A stretch of 34,636 bases of DNA from Candidatus Nealsonbacteria bacterium (GTDB taxonomy: Bacteria > Patescibacteriota > Minisyncoccia > Minisyncoccales > PWPS01), in contig PWNV01000015.1 of the NCBI GenBank assembly GCA_003557645.1, positions 1-34,636 of the forward strand, given 5' to 3'. Position numbers and translations under genes: made by a program. The notes beneath the pieces are model-generated. The model was not told the origin of the DNA. It saw only the letters and a list, made by a program, of their open reading frames with translations, and ran no database searches. Position 1 is the stretch's first letter; each line of letters starts with the position of its first letter. This document shows, one piece after another, positions 10,205 to 17,909 of this stretch.

Positions 10205-10814
10205 CCCTACAAGACAAGAACTTTTACGTCTTAAAAAAAGGCTTTCACTTGCACGCTCAGGTCACAAGCTTTTAAAGCACAAGATGGAAAGTCTTCTTCG
10301 AGAATTTCTAAGTCATGTGGAAGAAATCCAAAAACTACAAAAGCGGCTAGATGAAAAACTGCCGGAAGTTTTCTTTTCTTTTTTTGAAGGCCAGATACAG
10401 CTTGGAGAAAAAGAAACGGAGAACATTCTTTCTCACATTGAAAAAGGAGAATTAGCAGAGAAGGAGGCAAATATTATGGGAGTAAAGGTAAAAGAGTACT
10501 CCATATTAAACGAAGAGGCGATTAAGAATACTCCTGTTAGTGCCAAATCTTCCAACGAAAAACTTTCTTTTGTTAAAAAAGAGTTTTCTTCTTACCTTTA
10601 TAATGATATTATTAAATATGCTACTTTGGAGAGGAAAATAAGAAAGCTGGCAGAGGAGATAGAGAGCACACGAAGAAGAGTGAACTCCTTAGAGCATGTG
10701 TATATTCCGGCGATGGAATCTTCACGAAAGTATATTTATAATAAGCTGGAGGAGAACGAACGCTTTGAGCGCACCGTACTTATGAAGCTTAAAGATTTTT
10801 CTTCGAAAACTTAA
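10188..10814 (+). CDS. ntpD: A/V-type ATPase central-stalk subunit D
   Basis: 208 aa. N-terminal [22 protein letters not shown] and a C-terminal RRVN.LE helix typical of subunit D. Overlaps ntpB by 17 nt. Confidence 0.85.
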   Translation: MDLKISPTRQELLRLKKRLSLARSGHKLLKHKMESLLREFLSHVEEIQKLQKRLDEKLPEVFFSFFEGQIQLGEKETENILSHIEKGELAEKEANIMGVKVKEYSILNEEAIKNTPVSAKSSNEKLSFVKKEFSSYLYNDIIKYATLERKIRKLAEEIESTRRRVNSLEHVYIPAMESSRKYIYNKLEENERFERTVLMKLKDFSSKT

Positions 10815-10817
10815 AAA

Positions 10818-11780
10818 ATGAATCTGAGACTTATCACAATTTTTGTTTTTGCAAGTGAAAAAGCAAAAATAGAGCAGATCTTGAAAGATCATTCGATCAA
10901 TGAGCTTTGGCATGACAGCATTGGAGATAAGAAAGTAATTACGAGAGCACTGGTTCCAGCACAGTCTAGCGAAAAAATTCTTGATTCTCTCGAAGAAAAT
11001 TTTGGCGGAAAGGAAGGGTTCCGGGTCATTATTTTACCAGTAGAAGGCTCTGTCCCAAGATTAGAAGAGAAAGATAGCAATGAGAAGGTTTCTCGCATAA
11101 GCAGAGAAGAGCTTTATACGGGGATTACAAAAAATGTTGAGTTTAATTGGGTCTACGTTGCACTTGTTATTTTCTCTGTTCTTGTTGCTTCGGCTGGTGT
11201 TATTTATGAAAACGTACCAATGATAGTTGGATCAATGGTGATAGCGCCCTTTCTTGGCCCTAGTGTAGCTTTTTCTTTTGCTACAATTCTTGGGGATTTA
11301 AGGCTTCTGGCAAAATCACTTTTTATTCTTTTTGTAGGGGTGTTGATTGCGCTTGCCTTTTCTTCGTTAATGGGAACAGTTTTCCCTTTTGAAATTTCTT
11401 CGGAGATTAAAATGCGAACAGATGTTCATCTTTTTGATGTTATAGTTTCTCTTGTCTCTGGAAGCGTCGGAGTTCTTTCTTACACAACAGCTACTCTTAC
11501 CTCTCTGGCAGGAGTTATGGTTGCTGTAGCACTGCTTCCACCCCTTGTTGTCACTGGACTATTGATAGGGATAGGAGAGTTTTCATTGGCGACGGGAGCA
11601 TTTTTTCTTTTTTTGGTTAATCTTATCGGAATCAATTTGGCGGGTGTAATTACTTTTCTTTTTCAAAAGATACATCCTCGGACCTTTATGGAGAAAGAGA
11701 AAGCAAGACTTATTACACTTCTTGCTATTATTCTTTTGCTTACGATTCTCGCCTTTACTATTATTGTTGTTTTTATTTAA
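10818..11780 (+). CDS. DUF389 / TIGR00341-like membrane protein (soluble N-domain plus hydrophobic C-domain)
   Basis: 320 aa. About 100 aa soluble N-terminus, then about 6 TM segments with an IAPFLGP-type motif. Family assignment is from memory of DUF389. Starts 3 nt after the ntpD stop. Confidence 0.55.
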   Translation: MNLRLITIFVFASEKAKIEQILKDHSINELWHDSIGDKKVITRALVPAQSSEKILDSLEENFGGKEGFRVIILPVEGSVPRLEEKDSNEKVSRISREELYTGITKNVEFNWVYVALVIFSVLVASAGVIYENVPMIVGSMVIAPFLGPSVAFSFATILGDLRLLAKSLFILFVGVLIALAFSSLMGTVFPFEISSEIKMRTDVHLFDVIVSLVSGSVGVLSYTTATLTSLAGVMVAVALLPPLVVTGLLIGIGEFSLATGAFFLFLVNLIGINLAGVITFLFQKIHPRTFMEKEKARLITLLAIILLLTILAFTIIVVFI

Positions 11781-11804
11781 AAAAAGAGATAAATTGATTT
11801 TTGG

Positions 11805-11830
11805 AGACACTTCGATTGTGTCTTTTTTGC
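11805..11830 (+). terminator. intrinsic terminator closing the ATPase-DUF389 operon
   Basis: AGACAC (11805-11810) pairs with GTGTCT (11818-11823) across loop TTCGATT, followed by TTTTT. Confidence 0.7.
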
Positions 11831-11844
11831 TTTTAAAGCATAAT
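11816..11844 (+). promoter_or_regulatory. possible promoter giving a leaderless tgt mRNA (TTGTGT-17-CATAAT)
   Basis: CATAAT at 11839-11844 ends 7 nt before the A of the ATG at 11852. TTGTGT at 11816-11821. Overlaps the preceding terminator. Confidence 0.3.
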
Positions 11845-11851
11845 TAGAATA

Positions 11852-13039
11852 ATGTTTAATTTTGAAATTAAAAAAACGGTGGGGAAAGCTCGCAAGGGTG
11901 TTTTAAAAACACCGCACGGGGAGATAAAGACTCCTGCGTTTGTGCCAGTGGCAACTCGTGGAGCATTGAAGGGATTAAGCTTTGAAGATTGTAGTGTCTT
12001 GGGATCTAGCATCTTTATGATAAACACGTTTCATTTTTACTGCAGAAAAGAGTATGAAACGGTGGAAAGGGCTGGTGGTTTACATGATTTTTTGGGCATA
12101 GAATATCCGCTTATGACCGATAGCGGGGGTTTTCAGGTGTTTAGCTTGGGAGCTGGAAGGGATCAGAAGACAGGAAAGATATTGAGCGATGCGGTAATAA
12201 AGAATGAAGGAAAAAGGAAGGGGAATGTACAAATAAAGGAAGAAGGAGTTCTTTTCCGGTCTCCTTTTGATGGAAGCAAAGTAGAGATTACTCCTGAAAA
12301 ATCTATAGAAGCACAAAGAAAGTTGGGAGCAGATCTTATTTTTGCTTTCGATGAGTGCACATCTCCTCTCGCATCTTATAACTATCAAAAAGAATCTCTT
12401 CAAAGAACTCATCTTTGGGCGGAAAGGTCCTTGGAAGCTTTCAAGGATGAGAAGAAGCAAGCAATGTTTGGCATCGTTCAGGGGGGGAAGTTTCCTGACT
12501 TAAGAGAAGAAGGGGCACGTTTTATTTCTTCTTTGCCTTTTTTTGGGTTTGGGATAGGTGGTTCTTTCGGAGAATCTTACGGAGATTCTAAGAAAAATAT
12601 GTACTCTATACTTGAGCTTCTTTCCAAAAACCTCCCGCCAGAGAAGCCAAGGCACCTTTTAGGGATAGGAGAGCCGGAAGACGTTGTAGAAAGCGTTTTT
12701 CGAGGAATGGATCTTTTTGATTGCGTGATACCTACAAGATTTGCTCGCCACGGGACAGCACTAACCTCTAAAGGAAGAATAAATATAACAGGAGCTGCTT
12801 ATAAAGAAGATTCGTCTCCACTTGACAAAAGCTGCTCTTGTCAGGTTTGTTTGGGATATAAAAGAAGTTATCTTCATCATCTTGCTCGAAAAAAAGAGAT
12901 ATACGGAATTATATTGCTATCTCATCACAATCTTTTTTTTATGCTAAACTTGATGGAAGAGATAAGGGAAGCCATAGAGAATGATAATTTAAAAGATCTT
13001 AAAAGAGATTTTATAAATAAATATCGAGAAAATAATTGA
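11852..13039 (+). CDS. tgt: tRNA-guanine transglycosylase (queuine tRNA-ribosyltransferase family)
   Basis: 395 aa. TDSGGFQ, FAFDEC, GIVQGG and GFGIGG motifs, plus the Zn site CSCQVC...H. Contains an insertion of about 20 aa after SLGAG relative to E. coli Tgt as I recall it. Confidence 0.9.
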   Translation: MFNFEIKKTVGKARKGVLKTPHGEIKTPAFVPVATRGALKGLSFEDCSVLGSSIFMINTFHFYCRKEYETVERAGGLHDFLGIEYPLMTDSGGFQVFSLGAGRDQKTGKILSDAVIKNEGKRKGNVQIKEEGVLFRSPFDGSKVEITPEKSIEAQRKLGADLIFAFDECTSPLASYNYQKESLQRTHLWAERSLEAFKDEKKQAMFGIVQGGKFPDLREEGARFISSLPFFGFGIGGSFGESYGDSKKNMYSILELLSKNLPPEKPRHLLGIGEPEDVVESVFRGMDLFDCVIPTRFARHGTALTSKGRINITGAAYKEDSSPLDKSCSCQVCLGYKRSYLHHLARKKEIYGIILLSHHNLFFMLNLMEEIREAIENDNLKDLKRDFINKYRENN

Positions 13040-13040
13040 T

Positions 13041-13069
13041 TTGTCTTCTTTTTGTTGTTCTGATAGAAT
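13041..13069 (+). promoter_or_regulatory. possible promoter (TTGTCT-17-TAGAAT)
   Basis: TTGTCT at 13041-13046, a 17-nt spacer, TAGAAT at 13064-13069, upstream of the 13090/13096 start. Confidence 0.35.
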
Positions 13070-13089
13070 AGAAAAAAAGAAGGATTTAA

Positions 13090-13413
13090 GTGAAAATGAT
13101 GCAAAATAAAAAAAATCTCATTGCAATTTTTATCATAGCAGTACTGATTATCGTTACTCTTGTATTTTTCTTGCAAAGAGAAGAGGAGAAAGAAGAGATT
13201 ATTGAAAAAGAAGGAGAAAAGGACGTTACTATCGAAGAAACAATGAAAGAGATTCTTGAAGAGTTATCATCAGAAGAAACAAAACCATTAACTGAAGAAG
13301 ATCGGGAAAAAGAGAAAGAGGTTTTGGAGGAAATTTCTCCAACTCAGCCGGGACGAATGACTGAGGAAGAAAGAAAAGAGCAAGAAGAACTATTAGAACA
13401 ACTTTTACAATAG
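13090..13413 (+). CDS. hypothetical single-pass membrane protein with an extremely Glu-rich tail
   Basis: 107 aa. One N-terminal hydrophobic helix (LIAIFIIAVLIIVTLVFFL), then an acidic low-complexity region. The start could be GTG 13090 or ATG 13096. Confidence 0.5.
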   Translation: MKMMQNKKNLIAIFIIAVLIIVTLVFFLQREEEKEEIIEKEGEKDVTIEETMKEILEELSSEETKPLTEEDREKEKEVLEEISPTQPGRMTEEERKEQEELLEQLLQ

Positions 13414-13430
13414 AAGTAATATAAAAAAAT

Positions 13431-14375
13431 ATGCTAAAAGAAAACAAAATAACTCTAGTCTTATTAGTATTAATAATGAGCCTTGGTATAAGTTATTTAG
13501 TGGTGGCTTGGGAGGGTCCTCCTGGTGAACCTACGTACTGCCCTTCTGGGTATCCGGGATGTGATGCTCCTCTTGATGTTGGGCCTACACACCAAGCAAA
13601 AGAAGGAGGAGTGTCGGTCAATTCTTTTGTTGCCAGGGCTGGAGCAATCTTAGCTCAAAGCAGTGGTAACGTTGGCATAGGAAGATCACCTAGTTATAAG
13701 TTGGATGTTCAAGGAGACGTTCGCTGGTCTGGTATTTTAAGGGGAGGAACAGTTCCTTGGGCGAGGCTTTCTGGACACCCTTCTATTAATGCAGGAACTG
13801 GTCTTACGGGTGGAGGAACTTTATCTAGTAGTCGGACAATTAATGTTGATACAAACTATCTTCAGAGGAGAGTTTCTAGTACATGTAGCGGTGATCAGGC
13901 TATTCGAGCAATCGGCTCTACGGGATCGGTTACGTGTGTTGATGTTGGTGGCGGTGGCGGAATAACTAGTTTAAGTGAATTAAACATTGATACTAATAAA
14001 AATTGGGCAGGGCGCAGAATTACTAATCTAGGCTCTCCTTCGGCTTCTTCTGACGCAGCAACGAAGGGTTATGTTGATGCACAAGCGGGAGGAGGTATTT
14101 CAGACTGTGTTTATGAGGCGAGATTTGGCTCGTGTCCTATGGATGAGAATTGTATAGAATACTCTCCCACTTGCCCTTCTGGCTATCATTTAACGGGTGG
14201 TGGACATTTTGTAAGTAGCACGATAGGGGGAGTAACAGATGTTTACGCTAGTGGAAGTTTTCCAACTGGTGACTATGGTCAACCCAGGGACAGGTGGCGG
14301 TGTCATTTTTACAGAGAAAGAACTGGCGCCCTCGTTAATTACCTTACTTTTTGTTATGCCATTTGTTGTAGATAA
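13431..14375 (+). CDS. secreted/anchored Gly- and Cys-rich protein with tail-fibre-like motifs
   Basis: 314 aa. N-terminal signal anchor. Motifs NVGIGRSPSYKLDVQGDV, RVSSTCSGDQAIRAIGSTGSVTCV and ITNLGSPSASSDAATKGYVD resemble motifs seen in phage tail-fibre and bacterial tail-fibre-domain proteins. Cys-rich C-terminus. Visibly higher G+C than its neighbours. Confidence 0.6.
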   Translation: MLKENKITLVLLVLIMSLGISYLVVAWEGPPGEPTYCPSGYPGCDAPLDVGPTHQAKEGGVSVNSFVARAGAILAQSSGNVGIGRSPSYKLDVQGDVRWSGILRGGTVPWARLSGHPSINAGTGLTGGGTLSSSRTINVDTNYLQRRVSSTCSGDQAIRAIGSTGSVTCVDVGGGGGITSLSELNIDTNKNWAGRRITNLGSPSASSDAATKGYVDAQAGGGISDCVYEARFGSCPMDENCIEYSPTCPSGYHLTGGGHFVSSTIGGVTDVYASGSFPTGDYGQPRDRWRCHFYRERTGALVNYLTFCYAICCR

Positions 14376-14399
14376 AAGAATAATTTCAAATCACTTCTC

Positions 14400-14903
14400 A
14401 TGAATAAAAAAAATATTATATTATTACTCTTCGCTTGCTCAGTATCTTTTCTGGCGGGGTTTTTAATTGATAGAGGCGAGGAGAAGATAGTGAAAACGGA
14501 TAGTGATGTTGAAGAAGAGCTTGCTTGGCACATATCTCAGCTAGAGGCACTTTATCCTCCTCTCGAGGAAGAGATTTATCTTGTTGGAGGGGAAGTTATT
14601 GAAATAGGGAGTGATTATTTAATAATAGAAAGAGAGGTTCGAACAAGGCAAGTTCCTTCTATTGAAGAAGGACTGTTTGAGACGTGGAATATTAGAATTA
14701 ACATAACCGAAGAAACAGAAATCTTTAAAAGTAGCGTAATAACAGATCTAGGGCAAGGAGCGGTGATAGATGATCCTTTTCAAAGAGAGATTGTGAGCAT
14801 TGAAGATATCAAAGAAGGGAGCTTAGTAGGGGTGAAATCTGACAAAAATATAAAAGGAGAGAAGGAAGTTTTGGCTGCTCAAATCGAAGTTTATGATTTC
14901 TAG
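14400..14903 (+). CDS. hypothetical membrane-anchored/secreted protein
   Basis: 167 aa. N-terminal hydrophobic segment, then a beta-rich acidic domain. No family recognised. Confidence 0.5.
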   Translation: MNKKNIILLLFACSVSFLAGFLIDRGEEKIVKTDSDVEEELAWHISQLEALYPPLEEEIYLVGGEVIEIGSDYLIIEREVRTRQVPSIEEGLFETWNIRINITEETEIFKSSVITDLGQGAVIDDPFQREIVSIEDIKEGSLVGVKSDKNIKGEKEVLAAQIEVYDF

Positions 14904-14923
14904 CTGAAAAAAGACTGCAGAAC

Positions 14924-14956
14924 AAAAAAACAAGCAGAAAGACTGCTTGTTTTTTT
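14924..14956. terminator. bidirectional intrinsic terminator between convergent genes
   Basis: AAAAAAACAAGCAG (14924-14937) pairs with CTGCTTGTTTTTTT (14943-14956) across loop AAAGA. A/T runs on both sides serve the plus gene ending at 14903 and minus-strand topA ending at 14972. Confidence 0.8.
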
Positions 14957-14971
14957 GATAAAATTTTATTA

Positions 14972-17026
14972 TTACGCTTTTTCAGGGGAAGGTTTCTGGT
15001 TAGAGGTAAAGGTGCATTCTGGATATTGGTCACAAGCATAAAAGGCCCCCCTCTTTGATTTTTTTTGCACTACTTTTCCTTTTTTACAGTTAGGACAAGT
15101 TATATTGAGATCTTCTTCTCCTACTCCTTTTATGTTCTTACATTCTGGATAGTTGCTGCATCCGTAAAACTGACCAAATCTGCTTTTCTTTAACTGCATC
15201 TTTGCGTTGCACTTATCACATGTTTTTTCCTCTTCCTCCTCCTCTCCCTCTAGTGGTTTTGTGTTTTTACATTCAGGAAAGTTAGTACAAGCAAGAAATT
15301 TACCATACTTCCCTAACTTAATTGCCATATTGGCACCACACTTGTCACATTTTTCTTCTGTTTTTTCTTCCATAATATCTTCTTTTTTAATTTCTTTTTC
15401 TTTATTTTTTAATTTTTCTGCAAAGTCGTCATAAAAATACTCTATTAATTTTTTCCACTCTTTATTCCCGCTCGCTATTTCATCCAAATTCTCTTCCATC
15501 TTTGCGGTAAAGTCAAGGTCTGTAATAAAAGGGAAGTGCTCTGCTAGAAACTTACTTACGATGGTTCCGACCTCGGTTGGCTTCAAGTATTTTTTATCTA
15601 CTTTTTCGATGTAATTTCTATTAAAAAGAGTAGAAAGTGTAGGGGCATAAGTTGAGGGCCTTCCGATGCCGTGCTTCTCCATTTTCTTAATAAGCGTACC
15701 CTCGGTAAAGCGAGCTGGAGGTTTTGTAAAGTGTTGTTCGGGGTTTATTCTATCCAGCTTTGGCTTTTCTCCCTTTTCTACTTTTACTAATTCCTTTTCT
15801 TCAAATTTCATCGGATATATTTTTGTAAAGCCAGGAAATTTGAGAGTGGATCCGGAGGCAGAAAGAAGATAATTATTTTCACTTTTTGCCTCAACGCTTA
15901 CAGTTGTACTGTAGAAAACAGCTTCTTTCATCTGTGTGGCAAGAAAACGGCGCCAGATAAGATCGTAGAGACGAGCTTCTTCTTTCTTTAAAGAGGAAGG
16001 CTCGCGTAGTGGGTCGGAAGGTCTTATGGCTTCGTGTGCTTCTTGAGTTCTTCCCTTTGCAGAAAAATTTCTTTCTTTGTGATAATCTTTTCCAATCTTT
16101 TCTTCAATATATTTTTGTGCTTGTTTTTTCGCCTGAGAAGAGAGGTGCAAAGAGTCGGTACGGTGATAAGTAATAAGTCCCTTTTCGTAGAGTTTTTGCG
16201 CGATGCTCATTGTAAAGCGAGATGGGTAGTTCATTCTTTTGAACGCCTCTTGTTGCATCGTGCTTGTGGTAAAAGGAGGAAGAGGATGGCGTTTTTTCTC
16301 TTTTTTCTCTACAAAGATTATTTGAAAACTCGCTTTTTGAAGATCTTCTTCAATCTTGACCTTCTCGACTTCCTTTAATCCTGGTTTTTCAATTGTTTTA
16401 TCGTTTTTTTTCTTTAGAACAACTTCCATCTCTCCCTCTTTACAGAGAAGATTTACGTTTATAGTCCAGTACTCTTCTGACTTAAAGGCGCTTATCTCTT
16501 CCTCTCTACTTGTAATGATGTGTAGAGCAGCGGACTGCACTCTTCCCGCAGAAAGACCTTTTGCTATCTTTTTCCAGAGAAGAGGAGAGAGTTTGTAACC
16601 AACAAGGCGATCAAGTACCCTTCGTGCTTGCTGGGCATCTACTAGAGCCATGTCGATGGAGTGAGGGTTTTGCAAAGATTCTTTAATAGACTCTTCTGTT
16701 ATTTCGTGAAAAGTTATTCGTTTGTACTCTTTCAAGTCTAAAGCTTCTAACAAGTGGTAGGAGATGGCTTCACCTTCTCGATCCGGGTCGGTTCCAAGAT
16801 ACACGAGATCGGCTTTTTTAACTTCTTTTTTAAGAGAGTTTACATTTTTTCTTGCTTTTGTCGGGATAATGTAATTTGGTTCAAAGTTTTTTTCGATGTC
16901 AATTCCTAGCTTGTTTTTTGGTAGATCACGAATGTGCCCCATAGAGGCAAGAACTTTGTACTCCTTTCCAAGAAACTTTTCCAATGTTTTTATTTTTGTT
17001 GGACTTTCCACTAAAATTAATTTCAT
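14972..17026 (-). CDS. topA: DNA topoisomerase I (type IA) with three C-terminal C4 zinc ribbons
   Basis: TOPRIM N-terminus (MKLILVESPTK). Active-site region and topo IA core. Three CxxC..CxxC ribbons at the C-terminus. The likely start is the ATG at 17026 (MKLILVESP). The tracked 16-aa extension from 17074 is hydrophobic junk. Confidence 0.9.
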   Translation of the reverse strand: MKLILVESPTKIKTLEKFLGKEYKVLASMGHIRDLPKNKLGIDIEKNFEPNYIIPTKARKNVNSLKKEVKKADLVYLGTDPDREGEAISYHLLEALDLKEYKRITFHEITEESIKESLQNPHSIDMALVDAQQARRVLDRLVGYKLSPLLWKKIAKGLSAGRVQSAALHIITSREEEISAFKSEEYWTINVNLLCKEGEMEVVLKKKNDKTIEKPGLKEVEKVKIEEDLQKASFQIIFVEKKEKKRHPLPPFTTSTMQQEAFKRMNYPSRFTMSIAQKLYEKGLITYHRTDSLHLSSQAKKQAQKYIEEKIGKDYHKERNFSAKGRTQEAHEAIRPSDPLREPSSLKKEEARLYDLIWRRFLATQMKEAVFYSTTVSVEAKSENNYLLSASGSTLKFPGFTKIYPMKFEEKELVKVEKGEKPKLDRINPEQHFTKPPARFTEGTLIKKMEKHGIGRPSTYAPTLSTLFNRNYIEKVDKKYLKPTEVGTIVSKFLAEHFPFITDLDFTAKMEENLDEIASGNKEWKKLIEYFYDDFAEKLKNKEKEIKKEDIMEEKTEEKCDKCGANMAIKLGKYGKFLACTNFPECKNTKPLEGEEEEEEKTCDKCNAKMQLKKSRFGQFYGCSNYPECKNIKGVGEEDLNITCPNCKKGKVVQKKSKRGAFYACDQYPECTFTSNQKPSPEKA

Positions 17027-17067
17027 GGTAAAAAAGAATAACACAAAAAAGAGAAAGAAAGAAGTAC

Positions 17068-17095
17068 TTGACAAATTAAGAAATTATAATATAAT
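17068..17095 (+). promoter_or_regulatory. near-consensus sigma70 promoter (TTGACA-16-TATAAT) firing into the pth-topA spacer
   Basis: TTGACA at 17068-17073, a 16-nt spacer, TATAAT at 17090-17095. The predicted start is near G17102. There is no plus-strand protein gene downstream. Confidence 0.6.
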
Positions 17096-17101
17096 ATGGA
17101 T

Positions 17102-17280
17102 GGTTCCCTAGATTTGCTCGCAAGCGGCTCCTTTCTGTAAAGTTTCTCTTTGAGAGCTCGCAGAAAGAAAAAAATAAAATCCCTCCTTTTTTTATTATGA
17201 GTCGGTGTTCGAAAGAACGCTTCCTGTTTTTGAGCCGTTATCGGTCGCGAAGACGGGGTTTGCGGGCAGCTCTAAGGAAC
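17102..17280 (+). ncRNA. candidate orphan structured small RNA, family not recognised
   Basis: G+C-rich island in an AT-rich spacer (44 of 80 G+C by hand count for 17201-17280). The ends pair (17103-17112 with 17271-17280, 9 of 10 bp). A 7-bp helix joins 17131-17137 and 17161-17167. A GAAA-tetraloop hairpin spans 17204-17221. An A/U hairpin presents loop UCCCUCC (17180-17186). Confidence 0.45.
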
Positions 17281-17853
17281 TTAATTTAAATGTATAGTGG
17301 AAGAACTTATCTCTGAAGGGATAAGTTTTTTTAATTCCTCAGCTGCTCTTTTTTCTATCTCTCTTCTTTCAGGAGAGAGCTCTTTTAGTACGATCTCTCT
17401 TGCTTTTTCTTCTTTTCTTCTTATTCCAACTCGTAAGCGAGCAAAGTCTTTACTGCGAAGGTGATCAATAATTGATTGCACTCCTTTGTGTCCAGCTGAT
17501 CCACGAGAAGTGGAAAAGCGTAGCGTGCCGAAAGGAAGATCAGAATCATCGTGAACTACTATTAATTTTTCAGGGGAAAATCTATCAAACGCTTTTTTTA
17601 CCGCAAGACCGGAACGATTCATAAAGGTTAAAGGGAGAATTATTATTGCTTCTTTTCCTTCAATTTCTCCTTTTGATTTAAGGGAGTTTAAAGTGTTGTC
17701 TTTTTCAAACCAGGGGAAGTTTTCGTTGTTTCTAAGATGAGAAACAACACGGAAACCGCAGTTATGTGCGGTTTTTGCGTATTTTTCTCCAGGATTACCA
17801 AGCCCAACGATAAGACAATAAATTTGTTTTGTTTTTCTTTTTTTCCACCACAT
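17281..17853 (-). CDS. pth: peptidyl-tRNA hydrolase
   Basis: LIVGLGNPG..Y..T.HN.GF, the HDD.D region and GHNG-type GHKG motifs. The likely start is the ATG at 17853 (MWWKKRK...), because a TATAAT box lies inside the tracked longer ORF. Confidence 0.9.
   Translation of the reverse strand: MWWKKRKTKQIYCLIVGLGNPGEKYAKTAHNCGFRVVSHLRNNENFPWFEKDNTLNSLKSKGEIEGKEAIIILPLTFMNRSGLAVKKAFDRFSPEKLIVVHDDSDLPFGTLRFSTSRGSAGHKGVQSIIDHLRSKDFARLRVGIRRKEEKAREIVLKELSPERREIEKRAAEELKKLIPSEISSSTIHLN
17304..17332 (+). terminator. possible plus-strand terminator for the candidate sRNA (antisense to the pth 3' end)
   Basis: AACTTATC (17304-17311) pairs with GATAAGTT (17320-17327), followed by TTTTT. The stem is AU-rich and lies inside pth coding sequence, so it may be coincidental. 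Confidence 0.3.
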
Positions 17854-17859
17854 AATTTT

Positions 17860-17865
17860 ATTATA
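17860..17865 (-). promoter_or_regulatory. -10 box (TATAAT) placed for a leaderless pth transcript
   Basis: Minus-strand TATAAT at 17865-17860. Six nt separate it from the ATG at 17853. No good -35 was seen. Confidence 0.35.
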
Positions 17866-17872
17866 CCCTGTC

Positions 17873-17901
17873 TTGATAATTTTAGGAAATTTTGTTATCA
17901 T
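17873..17901 (+). promoter_or_regulatory. promoter (TTGATA-17-TATCAT) placed for a leaderless or near-leaderless lepB transcript
   Basis: TTGATA at 17873-17878, a 17-nt spacer, TATCAT at 17896-17901. The ATG at 17910 lies 8 nt after the -10. Confidence 0.45.
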
Positions 17902-17909
17902 TACGCGTG

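Noticed and set aside
17027-17074. N-terminal extension of topA (MSSTSFFLFFVLFFFT).
   Set aside because: The TOPRIM domain begins at MKLILVESPTK (ATG 17026). The extension is a translated T-rich spacer and overlaps the opposite-strand TTGACA box.
17102-17280. The G+C-rich spacer element as a tRNA, tmRNA, RNase P RNA or SRP (4.5S) RNA.
   Set aside because: There is no cloverleaf or GTTCGAAT-type T-loop. It is too short for tmRNA or RNase P and lacks GAGGAAAGUCC. The conserved SRP domain IV string (GGUCCGGAAGGAAGCAGC-like) is absent on both strands.
17197-17289. 30-codon Arg-rich ORF (MSRCSKERFLFLSRYRSRRRGLRAALRNLI) inside the candidate sRNA.
   Set aside because: It does not resemble L34, L36 or any other known small basic protein I can recall. 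Arg-rich reading frames are expected by chance in a CG-rich structured region. It is kept only as an alternative to test by ribosome profiling or conservation of the frame.
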